Shown: positions 39,287 to 58,580, counted from the stretch's first letter. The stretch: DNA of 64,000 nucleotides from the human T2T-CHM13v2.0 reference genome, Homo sapiens (GCF_009914755.1 NC_060929.1), one strand, 5' to 3'. Made by a program: numbers and translations. The notes: a model not told the origin generated them from the sequence alone.

Positions 39287-41399
39287 GAACACAGCATTGC
39301 AGGCACAGCATTAGTGTAGATGTTATGATTATTCCGAAAGAATGGAACTTGTTCTTTCTGTCCTGGAAAATTCTACAAGTTAAGTGGCAATTCAAGGCAA
39401 TCATGCATAATCACATGATTAATATTGAACAGAATTGACTACAAAAAATATAGTACAAAGGATTGCACTATTCAACATGAGAGCACCTTAATTCCTGAGG
39501 TCGTTATTCCTAGAGTCATTTTGAGATACAGCTTGTAGCTTGTTTTCTGCCTTTTCTTTGAACAAACAATTTCACACTTCGCTTCTAAGCTTCTGCTTTG
39601 CCTTGTTGCCTCTCTCTCCTTTGCCAAGCTACTCTGATCTCTAGGTTTGCCTCAGTGTTCATACCACACATCTTTCCTATAAAATGTAGTTTATTGGTAC
39701 AAATGCCTGATTCTATTACCTTGAAAACTTTTTATTGTGTTTCCTGTCTCCCAGGACCAATTATTTCTATGCCTTCTTGGTGTGACCTAACACTTAAATT
39801 CTGTGTAGAATTAGCTATACTGTCTCAAAATGGAGTAGGTTTAGTGGGGAAATGTAGAACTCAAACGGAGGAATAACAAATGAATTAAGCTAAGTTGATT
39901 TATTTTCTTTATAACTCACCATTTTTATCATTGAAATGAGCAAATGTGAAATAATTACCTTTACATTTCAGAAGACTTATGATTCTTTATTACATTCTTA
40001 TCAAGTATTAGTAGGGTGATATAATTTTTCCCTTTTTGATACCATTCAAGTTTCAATTCAGTATTTTTAACAATGACAATTTATAATCATCATATTTGTA
40101 GATCATTTGACATAGCCAAAATGTTGAGGTTGATACTGGATTGAATTTTTCTTTCAAGTACAGTCAAGAGCCTTCTTGCTCTTATGTTGGAAGTGTTGCT
40201 TTTCAGGAACATTTACCTTCTTTACATTGATAACATTAAATGAAATGGTAACCAAACAGCTCTTCAAGATTCTAATAAAACACACTTATTATCTTTGGTC
40301 AAATAATCATTCTCTATTTCCACACATGATTAGTGCTTTTGTAAAACTGAAAGAAGCCATATTGTTTCAGCAAATATATACATTTAAACTATCAACTTAT
40401 TTGAGAAAGAGTTAGATGAATTGTTCCAAGGGCTGGAAAAGGAAAGCAAAAGGAAGTGAAATTAGTAGTACAGAAATAGCAGAACTGTTCACAAAGCATC
40501 TACAAGCAAAGATAAAGAACCCAAAACAAAGACATTTAGACAATGGAATCACGCTGTGTATGAGGACCAATAGAGAGCTAATGCTATCAGTGCAGAGTAT
40601 TCAGTTGTTCTCTCATCAAAAGCTATTCAGAGTGAAGATTTGGTTAAGCTAATGTTATTTCACCTCAAAAGCAGGGATGAGAATAATATTGTCATGTTGC
40701 ATTCCCACTGGAGTAAATGGTTCTTCTCAGTGATGCTACATCAAGAGGCAAAACAACGAAAATAATTTGGAAAGTATATCTCATCCCTGATTAGGCAAAC
40801 TTTTTTCTTATCCAAGGTTCAAGGCAAGAATTTATAAAAAGAAATGTTACCTCTATCAAAAAAGATTGTTATGGTTAATTGTACCTTTAAAAAAAAGAAG
40901 CTGATTAGTTTTCTTGCTTGTTATCTTCATGTTGTAAAAATTCCTGTACATTTATATTTTCTTTTGTGGCATCTCTAGTATGATGATTCTTTGTTTGCTA
41001 AATAATATAAAATATAAAGGGAAACTGTCCTAAGTCATTTAAGAAAAACAAAATGTATAAACTTATTAGTAATTTTACTTGTGTTGGTAATCAACGTTTT
41101 TATTAAGAAGGTAGAAAATCACTTCCGAAAACATACAAGAAACATTGCAAGTCGTAGAAATCACTATGAAAAAACTCAAAGCACCATCTCTACAAAAAAT
41201 ATATAAAAAAGAAAAATAATAAAAGAAAGTTGGAATGCAGTTCTATGGTAAATACTGTATAGCAGACACTTAAAGGCTTTTGTTTGGTGGTTTTGTGTTG
41301 GTTTTGTCTTACTTAGTTACTGATGTTTTATTCATTGCAATATCTATTTCCTCTCTTATTGCAACAGTACCAATAGCCCATGTGTTTTTTAGAAACTTG

Positions 41400-41766
41400 G
41401 TTCCACTAAAGCTCAGAGATGTAGCAAGTGTACCAGGCCAGTCAATTTACTCTATCATTGTCACAGAAACTGGAGATAATCTAAGAGAGATTAAGAAGGG
41501 TAAAGGAGACTAAGTTTTGAGAATGTTTTTTCTCTTATTGATTAGCTGCAAGTAGCAGGGGCCACCATGCAGAGCTTAAGAGTGGAGGCAATCTAATGGA
41601 AAGAAAGTCAAGAAATGCATCTGGTGACATTGATTGGGCCCTGCTTCACCATGTCTGAAACCAGGATTACTGCTTCATATTTTATGTCAGGCAATAAGTT
41701 ATATTTTTGCTTAAGCCATTGAACTGAATTTTCTTTACTTGTAACAAAAAAGGATTCTATCTAAGA
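41400..41766 (+). mobile_element. MLT1 (MaLR, MLT1J/K-like) LTR remnant
   Basis: 3' end ttttgcttaagccattgaactgaattttctttacttgtaacaaaaaaggattcta resembles the MLT1 terminus. Confidence 0.65.
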
Positions 41767-42661
41767 CTCTTTTGTGAAGCAGAACAGTATGATTAATACC
41801 ATCGGTAATTTACCTCTCAGTTAAAAATCACATTTTAAAGTTATTTTAATAACAAGCAAGATCCAAATACAATTAGACATTTCAAATTAATTAAAATTAA
41901 ATGCACTAACAATTTAGACCATTAAATGGTTTACCTTGACCATAATGTCATTTAAAAAAACTGTATATTTAGCTTATACTTTTTCCATACATTATATATT
42001 TTTGAAAACATGGTTTATGTTATGAAATTCTCATATATATCACAATTTTGACCCTCCTAAACAGTGGTAGACATTTATCCTCCAATGAATCTCACAGTTT
42101 GGAGCATTAGCTTCAAATTCAGTTGCTGGTATGATGTACTTAAATATCCCTATATTTAGCAGTCCTACATGAGTTCCAACGCGACCACAAATGTTTTAGT
42201 TATGAGAGTTTCAGAAAAAAAGCTACAGACAGTTGTATAGATAAGCTGCACTGTCTATAGAGTTTTATAAAGCATGGCATTAAAATCCTAATTGGGAAGA
42301 CTCAATGTGAGTAGAGTTTGGGGAGAAGATTCATAGGAAGGGAAAGGTTAATGAGAGAAGGACAAGATATACTAAAATCTAAGTGAGGTAAATTTAAACA
42401 CTATAACAATATGGATTACATCCATTGATTTAAGCAAGTTTTAGATGACATTTTCCTGGAGAGATGCTCAAAGACATATGAGCTGCAATGCAGCACAGTT
42501 AAACACACCTGTACTGCTGCAATGTAGCGCAGTTAAACACGCCACTGCTTACTGATTCTATTGATTGACATATAACTTAAGTTTTTAAGCACTCTTAATC
42601 ACATAAAAATGAGAATTAAGATTCCCAAGTACCTAACTCTTGTTTTGCACATCAATTATCA

Positions 42662-43005
<344 letters not shown>

Positions 43006-43704
43006 AAAGTAAGTTTTGAATTATGATGATTAATATATTATATAACAAATTTCTCAACAAAAATTCCTGTGGATCATTTGGAAATACTACAACTCCTCCA
43101 GGAAATAGTGATCTGCTGAATTTATTGGATACTCAGCTTTAAGGGTGGTAGAGGAAGTGGAAGTCTTAGCTTATACAAAGTGAAGTATTCTAGAAAAATG
43201 CATTATTTAATAGCCATCCACTGGTGGTTTTCTAAGTGGATGAAAACTGGGCATTAATATGCAGTTGTTAAGAAGAAGACAGTTTATTATCAAGTTCGAG
43301 AGTTTGGGTATGCAATATCTAGAACTGACGAATACGTTGAAGATTACAGTGAAAACATGGATGCTTGGAAAACTAGAGGATATAGAACATGCATTTGATG
43401 ACTATAACAGCAGTGGTTAGTTAGAACAAAAATGAGGACACCATTTAGTAGATGAAACATGTCACTTTGTGACTATTGTCCATCTCTGCGAAAGTGATCT
43501 TTTGGCTCTGGATTAGAGTTTCATGCAAAACCTGTGGTGATGGGGCTGCTGAAGTGTTTGGGACATGTAAACACTTGGATTAGCATTTTGCGTTGTGTGA
43601 GTTTGCCTTTGGCCCAATTACACAAATCACAACTTAGTGTGTTTAAGATCCTTATTATGATGATAGACAATAAAAAGTCATTTGCTGCTAAACAATATAG
43701 GTTA

Positions 43705-44323
<619 letters not shown>

Positions 44324-44380
44324 TTATAAAGACTGGATCTCTCACATAAATTTAAAAACTTGGATATCTGCATTAGGTGT

Positions 44381-44565
44381 TTGCTTGTTTGTTTATTTGT
44401 TTGTGTTTAAGAAACAGGGTCTCCCTATATTGCCCAGACTGTAGTGCAGTCACTGTTCATAAGCTTGACTCAGCATTACAGCTTTGAACTCCTGGGTTCC
44501 AGCTATCTTCCTGCCTCAGCTTCCCAAGTAGATGGCACTACAGGTGTCCGCTGCTGTGCTGGTTC
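44381..44565 (-). mobile_element. FAM (fossil Alu monomer)
   Basis: Single monomer with the FAM-type segment gtgcagtcactgttcataagcttg...cattacagctttgaactcctggg. Confidence 0.7.
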
Positions 44566-46379
44566 AGGTGGTTTATCTATATTTTAAAGTATTCTTTAAT
44601 AGATCATCTCTAAAATTTTCTGATTTGGAACAGGAAATACAATATGGCTACAGTATATTGGGTTTGAACGGGGCTTAGAGAAATAAACAGAAGCTAGTTC
44701 CTAAAGGGCATTATTTTATTATAAGAAGCTTCAACTATATGTTAAATGGAAGAGGGAGTCATTTTAAAGTTTCCGACGAAGATAAGATCAACTTTAAATT
44801 TTAGAAAGATTGGTTTTGAAGGGATGTTATAGTCTACTGGAGAATAAATTTACTGTAGAGTTAGTTCTGCATTTCCTCTACAGGAATACTACTAGTAAAA
44901 GGAAATGTAAAATATTTACAGCCAAAGAAGCAAGAGGTAGTACCTGAAACTATTGGTTTGAAGTAAAATATTTTACTTCCTCATAATGGGCCTGAAAGTG
45001 GAAATTAGGACCTCACAATGCATTGACTTTGTGGACAGTAATTGGGAACTATAGATATGGGGTAAGATGTCTATGTGTTTGGATGGGGGAGGGCATAGTT
45101 CTTAACTGCAGAATCAAGAAACATCAAGTCAATTGTATAGATGAGAAGCAAGCCAAAACAAATGGAGGAATCTGTGTCTAAATATTAGCATTGAACATAA
45201 AGAACACTAAAATTAACAGGATACACGTGAAGATCTTGACCAATTTCATGAGAAAATATATTCAGAGATAAATTGAGTTGGCAGTGGAACAAAATCAATT
45301 TGAGAGAAAACATTAAAATTGGGCATTCGTGAACAGTGTGTAGAGAAATATCTTGAGTGATATGCTCAGGTATAAACTGATATTTCTGCTGTATTGGGAG
45401 GTTGGCAAATAGAGTGTATATTTTGTTCATACTGGTCACAAATACTAGGAATTGAGCATAAAATTGGCAGAAAATATAAATCACAAAAATGTCATTTTAT
45501 ATCATATGCTTTACCTATAAAATAAAAATAAATTACTTCAAATTAAATTTTCTTCATAAAGTGTGTGCTTTAATAAAAAGGGAGTCAAATTTTGAAAGTC
45601 ATATGCTTTATTTATTTTCTCATATTTAATGACATTGCTTAACAAATGTAAATTTTGATATTTAGTAATTCTGGCTTTTATTTTTTTCATCTTTACGGCT
45701 TTAAAAATTAATTTAAAATTATAGGTTGTAAGAGATATTAGAGGGTAGTACAGTGTTAAGCTGTAATACTCAGAGTGTTACTGATGGTTAGGTGGTCAGA
45801 GAGACAAATGTAACTGAATGGAAAGGGCAGAAGGGTCACAAGGGAGCACAGGAATGCTATGAGCAAGACTGAGGAGGGGGCCTAGAAAGGAACTTAGCAG
45901 TTTTCTCCAGTTTAGAAGATTGTGTGTGCCATTTGTTTGTATATTTTCCTTTATGATTTTTTTTTAAACTATTTCACATAAAAAAATTGTATAAAATTTT
46001 CCATGCGTATAAAATTTTATTTACAAAGAGTAAAAAAAAAAGTGTTATTTTTTAACACAATCTATATAAATATATAATTCATTCTCATTCAAATCAGCTT
46101 TGACAATCTCATTGTCTGTGCATTTTCCTGTTGAGTGCATTTATAAAATAAGAACAATTTATTTTATTATATCAATGATATAATTTAGATTACATTTTTA
46201 ACTTTTTTTAGGTAAATCTTCTGCTTCAGAGACTTTGTAACCAGACCCGGGTTCAGCTGCTTGCTGCTTGAAAGCCACACATAAGGGGTGAAGTTTGGTG
46301 GAAAAGCAGGTTTGATCAGAGAGCCAGCAAACTAAGAAGATGGTGAGCTAGCATTCTAAAGTATCATCTTAAATGTTGA

Positions 46380-46689
<310 letters not shown>

Positions 46690-47037
46690 CACCATTGGGT
46701 TTTTAAAGGGAAATTTTCTATGGATGACATGCAAGAGTGGTGCGGAGTAAACGGTCTGTGTGTGGTATTCCTGATGGCTATCTTTAATAAGTGTCCATCT
46801 GCAGGTTTAGTGGCATTATTTTGACTTCATCTCGATGGTAATAGACTAATTATCTGTGACTCCCTCCAAGCAGAGGATTTGACAGGGGCTCCAGGCCTGG
46901 TTTGTTTCAAGATTAGCCTCTAGAATTTCTTCAGCATGCATTGCTGGAGAAGAGTGTCTAGAGAGAAGAGGAATGAAGAGGGGGAGAAATAGGAGGGAAA
47001 GAAGAAAAAGAAAGGGGATGATTAAAATGTATTTTTA

Positions 47038-47390
47038 GTCAGGGCATGGTGGCTCACGTCTATAATACTAGCAATTTGGGAGGCTGAGGTGGGAGGATTG
47101 CTTGAGGCTGAATGTTCAAGACCATCCTGGGCAACAAAATGAGACCCCTTCCCTATAAAAAATAAAAACAAATAGCGAGGGTGACAGAATGAGGCCTTGT
47201 CTCAAACAAACGAACAAAAAAATAGCCAGGCATGGTGGCACACACCTGTAGTCCCAGCTACTCAGGAGGCTGAGGAAGAAGGACTGCTTGAGCCCAGAAG
47301 GTCAAGACTCCAGTGAGCCTTGATTGTCCACTCCAACTTGAGCAACAGGCCATTTCTTAAAATAAATAAGTAAATAAATAAATATAATAA
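47038..47390 (+). mobile_element. AluJ with an extra Alu 3'-end fragment in the linker
   Basis: AluJ arms plus gggtgacagaatgaggccttgtctcaaacaaacgaac at about 47179-47220. Confidence 0.85.
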
Positions 47391-47448
47391 ATATATACAC
47401 ACGCATACACACACACATATTTTTTTAAAACCAAGGTCCCCAGTTACA

Positions 47449-48714
<1,266 letters not shown>

Positions 48715-48768
48715 AGGATTACATTTCAACATGAGATGTAGGTGGGAACACAGATCTAAACCATATCA
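48715..48768 (-). mobile_element. MST (MaLR) LTR 5'-terminal stub
   Basis: rc tgatatggtttagatctgtgttcccacctacatctcatgttgaaatgtaatcc matches the MSTA/B start. Confidence 0.8.
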
Positions 48769-48951
48769 CCTATTAATAAGAAAAGAAAATAAACTATCAT
48801 TTTAAATCACAATTTACTAAATAATTTTACCCATCTACTGTTGCTCAAATCATGTGAATTTTGTGGTTGATACTTTTGTTTTGTCTATACTATATGCTGT
48901 TATTATAGAAGTATAACTTTCCCTTCAAAAAGGCTGATATTGCTGCATCGA

Positions 48952-49830
48952 TGAAGTGTCAAATTCTCTAAAATACTTAAAGAGATTTTTGCTGAGCCAA
49001 ATATGAGTGATCATAGCCTGAGGCACATTCTCAAGAGATCCTGATAACATGTATCCAAGGTGGTGGGGTTACAGCTTGGTTTTATACATTTTGGGGAGAT
49101 ATAAGACATCAATTAATACATGTGAGGTATATATTGGTTTGGTCCAGAAATGTGGGACACTCAAAGTTGAGGTTTACAGGACAGAGACGGATTCAAAGAT
49201 TTTCTGATTGGCAGTTTGTTGAAAGAGTTATTATCTAAAGACCTAGGATCAATAGAAAGGAGTGTCTGGGGTAAGATAAGAGGTTGTAGAGACCAAGGTT
49301 CTTATTATGTAGATGCAGTCTCATGGATAGCCACCCTTAGAGGCAATAAATGGCAAATATTTTCTATTCAGACATTTAAAAGGTGCTATACTTTCAGACA
49401 ATCTCTTCAATATCAGAAAAAAACCTGAAAAGGAAAGGGGATTCTCTACAGAACGTAAACTTCCCCCCAAGAGATAGCTTTGCAGGACCATTTCTTTGAA
49501 ATACATTTTGGAATAAAATATTTTGATCTCTTTCTGGGCCTGCTACCTGTCAGGCAATGTTATACTAGATTGAAATTAAAAGGTGGTATTTTATTGCTAC
49601 AAAGAGTCAATTTTGTCAGGCATAACAACATTGTTTTAAAGTTAATGCTGGTCAATTGTGCCTGAATTTCAAAAGGAGGAGGGTATACTAAGGCATGTTC
49701 TACCAGCCCTTTCCATTATGGCCTAAACAAATTTTTTTTTTTTTTTTAAGGTTTCTTTGAAATCTTCTTGGCCAATAGGAGTTGTCTATTTAGTTGGTTA
49801 GGGGGCTTAGAATTCTGTTTTTGATTTACA
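48952..49830 (-). mobile_element. MER4 (MER4D-like) 3' LTR
   Basis: ctgagccaaatatgagtga...aaggtggtggggttacagcttggttttatacatttt...gggggcttagaatt...tttaca, followed by a polypurine tract (tttctcctcttt). Confidence 0.88.
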
Positions 49831-51192
49831 TTTCTCCTCTTTCTGGTCAAGATTTTCCAGAGGAAACATCTATGGCCAAACATTATTTGTCCAATACTGC
49901 TGCCAGGGTAGTGTGGCTGCCTGCCTTGGGTCCTTCCTGTCTGTCGGTGGGACCCCTCTGTCAAAGGGACTTAGAGATGAAAGACTTAAAGGCAACTTAA
50001 ATGTTCTAGGCAAAATGGGAATGAAGGTGGACAGGTATTCATTAACCTTACAATTATTTAAGCCATATAAAAGCCAGAAATCAAAAGCCAAAGCCAAGAT
50101 TACCAACTTGACTTATCTATAACTTATATGCACTGAGTTATTGTAATCCTGGTTTTAGTTATAGTCTTGTAGCAATTAACTATACAAAACATAAATATTT
50201 TGTTTAAAAGAGCTAAGGAATTCAACAACTTTTGTTGTACCATAATGCTTTTTGTGGTCTTCTTAGTAGTTTTTCCTGAGGAGGCTGATACATTTTATTA
50301 ACATGTATCTGCATAAATCTCATAACTGGGAGCATTATACCTGGAAGATTTTTCCACTAAGTATCTTGATATTCTCTCAGTAATTTTTTTTTTTTTAATT
50401 TTATGAGAAGTAGGAAATTCCTTGTGGTTGGGATGGATGAAAATGTGCCAGATAACGACCCAAGGCAAAGTCCCTCATTTCACCAGCTGTTTAGGCATCT
50501 GTGTGCCCATCCTTGATTGTGAGGGTCTGAACTAATTATATCCCTCAAAACCAGTTTTTACAATCTCGCATGCCCACTTCTTTCATATACACCCTGGGCC
50601 TAGAGGGAGGATGTTTGCATAGATTGCAGCAGGGCATTGGAAGTGAAAAACAGATTGGGTCCAGTGGGATTCCAAATGAGGGGGATTGCCAGGCTTTGTG
50701 AAATCATGTCTAATCTTCAGAATGCCATGATTCTGGTTTTCTTGGAAGAAGCAAAACAATGAGAGATAAACAATATTAATAATTTGACAATCAAAAGAGA
50801 AATTGTGTGTTAGAACAGAAAAAGAAACCTATTTCATTAGGGTGCCAACCAAAAATGTCATGAAGAAAATTTTGACCTGGTTTGTCTTTAGAGGACAATT
50901 GTAGCCAAAAAATAATTCATGATTCAATCTACACACAAAAACAAGGGTCAGGGCTAGAATCTAGCAATAGGTGTGTTATAGTTTTCCTTTGAAACATAAT
51001 ATCTCTCTCTCTAGCTCTTCTTTTCTACTAAAGATAAATGATAGTAAGACCAATTTGTGTGCAAAATAAGTTTTAGGCTTACGATACTTGGACTGATTAT
51101 TTGCCTAAAATGCAGCAAGAATTGTTTGGCCATATAGTCTCTTTTCCAGTTGATTTTGCTGGAACTTTGTTTAAGAATATGTTGTTCTAGTT

Positions 51193-51520
<328 letters not shown>

Positions 51521-52505
51521 TCAAGGCCTTGGTAAAATAACTAGTGTCTCCAATTGTGTCATGTTTCAAAAGAAAACAGTTACTGAAATTATACAAATAA
51601 CCATGCTGCCATAAAAGAAGAATACTCACAAATAGTTTCCAAATTCTGGAGAACCCTGGTAGAAGAGTAAATCCTGCACACAAAAGTATACTTTACAACC
51701 AGAGTAGCAGCCTTCCAAACAGAATGTCGTTTATTCACCTTAGAACTGCCATCTACGAACCAAGTAGTTGCCATTGAGAGGTGCTCACTGGCTTCTGCCA
51801 CAAGCCCCAGTAAACACTTCACAAAGGACTGCCAAATGAGTTTGTCCCTACCAGCAATCCAGCTTCTATCTTGTATTCTGTGGGCCTGGGCAATCTTACT
51901 GGTTCCCATTTGCATGTCCAATTAATATTAGTCAAATGGCAGACTTACATGCCTTCTGTTTTATAGTATAGGTAGGGGAAATACCCCCCTAGTCAGATAC
52001 AGTATCCATTTTTATAAAACATTTAAGTAAAGAAGTCACAACTACTTCATATAAAGCCTGTTTAAACTTCATAACTTTCATAATTCTATCAACCCTTACA
52101 TTTTTATGATCTGGTCTCAGTAGCTTTTCTTCTCTACCCCAAGACCATTTTACCTACACTTGTGAAAAAGTATTTGGGTTCCCGGCAGGGAGTTGAGCCT
52201 AGGGACTCAAGCCCTTTTGTCATTCTTTATCTTCACTTGCCTCAACATTGCCCCATGCAATGTCAGCTTTCTCACTGTAACCTATTCCTTTTAATTTTTC
52301 TTAAATTTCTTCATTCCAGAGTAAATGCACAAAACTGGTGTGGGGCCCTTTATTGTTGAGGGACCAGCTGGGGTTCCCTGTGGTCCATCTAACCTTCAAT
52401 AGTGTTGTACTAAGACCTTGTTTTAACACTATACTCTTAATTTTATATATTTCATTTCTCAATAACTATCTAAAGATTTCCACTCTTCTGGGGTGAGTCC
52501 TTTGA

Positions 52506-52961
<456 letters not shown>

Positions 52962-53494
52962 TAATTCTTCAGGAGTAATGCCACCTGGGGTGCTCATGTA
53001 GAAGGAGTTCCCTTAACCAGAGCACTTACCGTAACCTGGGTAATGGGCATATTCAGTGGGTAAATATCTCAGTCATCGTAAAGCCAGTCCCACATGGCTT
53101 GCATATGAAGCATATCAGCTGCTTCATCTGGGGTCCTCCACTTGGTTTTTATAGAGAGAGTTGGGCAGTCACCTTCTTAGGGCAAACAGACCTTCCAGTG
53201 GCTTTTCTCTGGTCAACCAGAGCTGGCTGTTCTATCAAGAATAACCTTCTGTGTTTCTGGATTGCATATACTCATCAGCAATTGTTTAATAGTGAGCTGT
53301 GGTTCCTGTATCAAGCCAAACGTGTTCTTTCATTCTGTAGCATTTAAAATTAAAGATACTTACCTTACATTATTTATTCTTACCATCCATTTTAGTAAAG
53401 GTTTCTCAAGAAGCTGATGATACCAACTTACAAAATTGAACAATTTCTTTATATTACACCCTCTGGTTTTAACAGTTCCTTGGTTTTGCCCTTC

Positions 53495-54504
<1,010 letters not shown>

Positions 54505-55644
54505 TTTTCCCCACATTGACCACCTTCTTGGTAATCACAAGTGTCAGAGGTACTTTCTGTTGACCTGGCTTAATTTTTCCTTCTGTGCCTAGCTTTGAAG
54601 TGAGTGATCTGAGCTCAGACAGCACCACATCTAACTTTGGTCCTGCCTTAAGGCCCAACACAATATTGTTTCACATTTATTTTAGCTATTATAGATAAGT
54701 ATAACCAAGGGATTGAATATTTTGCTTTTTACATATTAGTTTGCATTTTCTTATGCATCCTGTGAACCAACTCCTCAGAAGTATAACCAATCTCTAAATT
54801 CCCCTGGATCTTCTATCTTTAATAATTGAATGAAGCCCAGATGCTGCTCCAGTACTATAGGTGACAGTGTGGCCATCCAGAAATCAAAGGTTCTTTATTC
54901 CCACCCTTTTATTTTTCATCTTTTTATTCATTTAGTTTTACCTGTATCATTTTTTCTTTATTTTAAAGCAAACTTTAAATAGCCTCTAAACTAGAAAAAA
55001 ATTACATTTTCTTTAGCAAAAACAACATTCTCATATTTTTTTATAAACTTCACCAAGAACAAATCTTACTAGCCTACTATTTTAACTCTTGGTAACTCTA
55101 ATTCCCAGTGGGGGAAAAAAAAAAAAACTAGATTTACTTAATTTAACGTAATATAACTTAAAGGTTTTAAATTAATAGAGATAATTTTGAGACTAAATTA
55201 CTCTTACCAAAGATAACCGAAGTCATGTGAACAAAAGGCCATCTGAGCTAGCTTCTATTAGTCTGTTTACTTTTCTTTAAACCAATTAATTGAAGCTCTT
55301 TCATAAAATGTGGTAGTGAAATATCATTTCCACATGACACATATAAACATATAGAAATGACAGGCCCATAGACAGTGGCAGATCTTACAGATTTGAGATT
55401 TTTCATTTGCCTGTTTTCATAACTTTTACCTGCTCTGTTAGACTGTTAATCTCTTGATTATCTGTTCTATGTTCTAAACAATTGTTGACTAGGCAACTCT
55501 AAATCTGCATCTCCAAAGACATGAGTTAGGTGAAACAAAGTAAAAAATTCACATGTTAAAGGCACAGACTTAGATCTAAACCAAGGCAAGGTCTATTATG
55601 TAAACTTTAAGCCACTGTCTTCCCCATAGTTAAAATTCCTAACC

Positions 55645-56100
55645 CTTACTCTCCTACTTTCCACTAGGCACACTCCCTTGAATTGCTAGCTTATCTAATT
55701 ATGTTTGCTTAGAGAAGTTTCAGAGACTGAATCTTTAGACAATCCAGATGCCTATGGAATTCTCCCCCACCAGGAGATTACTTCAAGGCTGCAGCTAATT
55801 TACCACACAGCAAAGCCTGAGATGGTGCCAGCCCATTCACCAGATGGGGCAATAACTCAAGATAAGTCATCTGAACAAGTCACAGAGCTCCACTGCTTTG
55901 CTCCACTGCTTGCCCTCCACACCATACTTCCCCTTCTTAAATCCTGGGATTTTGCCTGAGAATTCTGAAGCAGTTTTATTAGTGTCCGAACGACTTCCCC
56001 ACTGCAAGCTTTGGAAAATAAAGTCACTTTTCTTCTATTACACCCCATCCCTATTATTTGATTTTGCAAGCGTTGAACAGCTGAACCTGCATTTGGTTAT
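55645..56100 (+). mobile_element. ERV1 (MER66-like) LTR, 5'-truncated
   Basis: gctagcttatctaattatg...accagatggggcaataactcaagata...aataaagtcacttt...ctgaacctgcatttggtta. Confidence 0.65.
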
Positions 56101-56769
56101 GTTTGTAGTGAAGAAACCTCTTTATAATTAAAAACAGAAAGATGTGTTTTTGCTGTTCTGCCTCAGTATTTCTGGAAAAATCAAGTGTCTATGTTCTAAG
56201 AAAGGCAGAGCAAAATAGGAAGGTACGCAATTTAATGATTTTTCATAGAATCTTAAGTTTTTATATGTTGGATTATCTTTAAAATATAAAAATTATCATC
56301 ATCATAAAGCCTTTTATTTGAATAGCTTTTTATTTCATTTGTTTCTTTATGGCTACCTTATAGAGTGATTGGCATCATTGCTATTTCACATGAGAGAGGG
56401 CCATGACTCATAATTTAGGGGCATAAAAATTATTTGAGGTCTCAAATATTAGAATATTTACTTTATACAAATATGTGAAAATGAATTTATATAAGAACAT
56501 ATCCATTCCCCCAAAGTACGTCCAAATTTACAGGGTCATTAAGTTAAGAGAATTTCCAGTATTAGTTCCATAATCTGCAAAAAATCAATTCTGCAGTGAA
56601 GCATGAAAAAATAACATAATTTTCCTTCTCTCCAAAAATACCCAGGCAGTTTTGTTTATTCTCTTCCCTGTCCCAACCCCCAATCCCAGGCTATATCTCA
56701 GAACAATTTATTGGTATATATTTTTTGGAAATACACTGCTACTATTGCATTATTTTTCCATTTTGATAG

Positions 56770-57299
56770 CGTGTGGGACATAGGCTCTTGGCCCCATAAA
56801 GTTTCCCTAAAAATCACTGACATGAGGCAGATTGATTAATAGGAGTAAAGCCATGCAATATATTTTTAACATATATAAATGAGAATCTTCAGAATGAAAA
56901 CCCCACTTCCCAATGAGTTACAAAAAAAATTTTGAAGTTACAGAAAAAAAAAATGTGGGCTTAAACCCTAGTAAAACTTTTTAGGGGAGAGAGAAGAAGC
57001 TTAGCAAGCAAAGGTGGCCTTGTTACGTAGATGAAATCTACCTCAGAAAAAAATAAATGATAAATGTTTCTTTGTAGACTTGTAAAAGTGTCTGACTTTT
57101 AATCTCTCCTGGATCTTTGGAAAGGCATAGAAAGGGGCAGGGGAATGGCTGCATTCACGGAGATTCTCTACAGCTGCAAATTTTCCCCGCTTAACACAGC
57201 TTTTGCAGGACCACTTCTGCCAGGAAATAGCTAAGAGGTAGCTATTTCAAAATAGGTCAAATAAATATATTTTGGGGTAAAATATTTTAATTCCCTTCA
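56770..57299 (-). mobile_element. MER39/MER34-group solo LTR
   Basis: rc start tgaagggaattaaaatattttaccccaaaatatattt. 4-bp TSD atag at 56766-56769 and 57300-57303. Confidence 0.82.
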
Positions 57300-57873
57300 A
57301 TAGCTAATTAGTCTTTTATAATGTTATGGAAAAGTATATAGTTGTGTGTGTGTGAATGGTAAAATGAATTTATAGGATTCCACTATGATTGGATATAGTG
57401 AATAAAGTGAAGTCATTGGACTAGAAGTTCTTTCAGGCCCTTTTCAGTTACACCCATTGTAAGTTTTTACTTTCTTGGTTTTTTAAAAAACATTATTTAA
57501 ACTAAGATATTAGGTGATTAAAAGTTCATTGGAATATAATATCAAAGTTAATAGCTACTTTAACTAAAGGATAGTATGTACTGAACAGAGAAGAATGACA
57601 GAAATAGCACTGGTAGTTCCATGGATGAGAATAAGATGATAAAACACTATTATTCCTGCTGAAACTAATTACTATTCCCTCAATTACCAGTTTAAAAATA
57701 TACCCCCAAGCATTTTACTAACAATTTTCATAAATGATATTAAAGCCTATTCAACTTTCCTGGAACAACTAATGAGAAACTTGTTCCATTAAAACAATAA
57801 AAACATATTTTTCTACAGTGATTATTAATGTGAAACTTTAGTTAATTTAGTTGCGCAGTTTTTATGATGAGAA

Positions 57874-58580
57874 GAAACCATTTTTCAAAAATTATAACTG
57901 AGGAAATTCTTATAGTGAAAGAGATCAGACCTAATTGACTCCATCTTGCTTTTAACCTTCAAACTGTCATTGTTCATTCGAGGGCATAGGTGGAACTAAT
58001 CTTGGGAAGGAATTTAGTTTATGGGTTGACTCTGAAACAAAATTGATAATATCCTTTTTCTGAAAAGTCCCTGTTCTTGCCTGGGGACCAGTTTGCCTTT
58101 GTAGGACTAACAAATTAGCTACAAGATTAGAAATTATGGTTTAAGGGTCAGGCAGCCTCTGGCTACAAGAGTCTGAACCTGTCCAAATTGCTCCTGGGGA
58201 TAACATTATTATTGTAAAACCTAAGATCAGTGCTTGAGACATTTTGCAGACCCTGCACTGGATGGATAAGCTTACACCACCCAGACTGGTAATCTGGGCC
58301 AACCAGTTGAGCAATCCCACCCAGGAATAGAGGACAGCAATGATTCCATCTCCAACCTGACCAATCAGCACTCTCCACTTCCTGAGCCCCTACCTGCCAA
58401 AATATCTTTAAAAACTCCCATATCTGAATGCTTGGGGAGACGGATTTGAGTAATAATAAAACTCTGGTCTCCCACACATCCAGCTTTGTGTGAATTGCCC
58501 TTTCTCCATTGCAATTACCCTGTCTTGATAAATGGGCTCTGTCTAGGCAGTGGGCAAGGTGACCCCGTTGGACAGTTAAA
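57874..58580 (+). mobile_element. LTR8 solo LTR
   Basis: aaaattataactgaggaaatt...gtgaaagagatcagacctaattgactccatcttgc...ctctgtctaggcagtgggcaaggtga; flanked by agaa/agaa. Confidence 0.9.
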
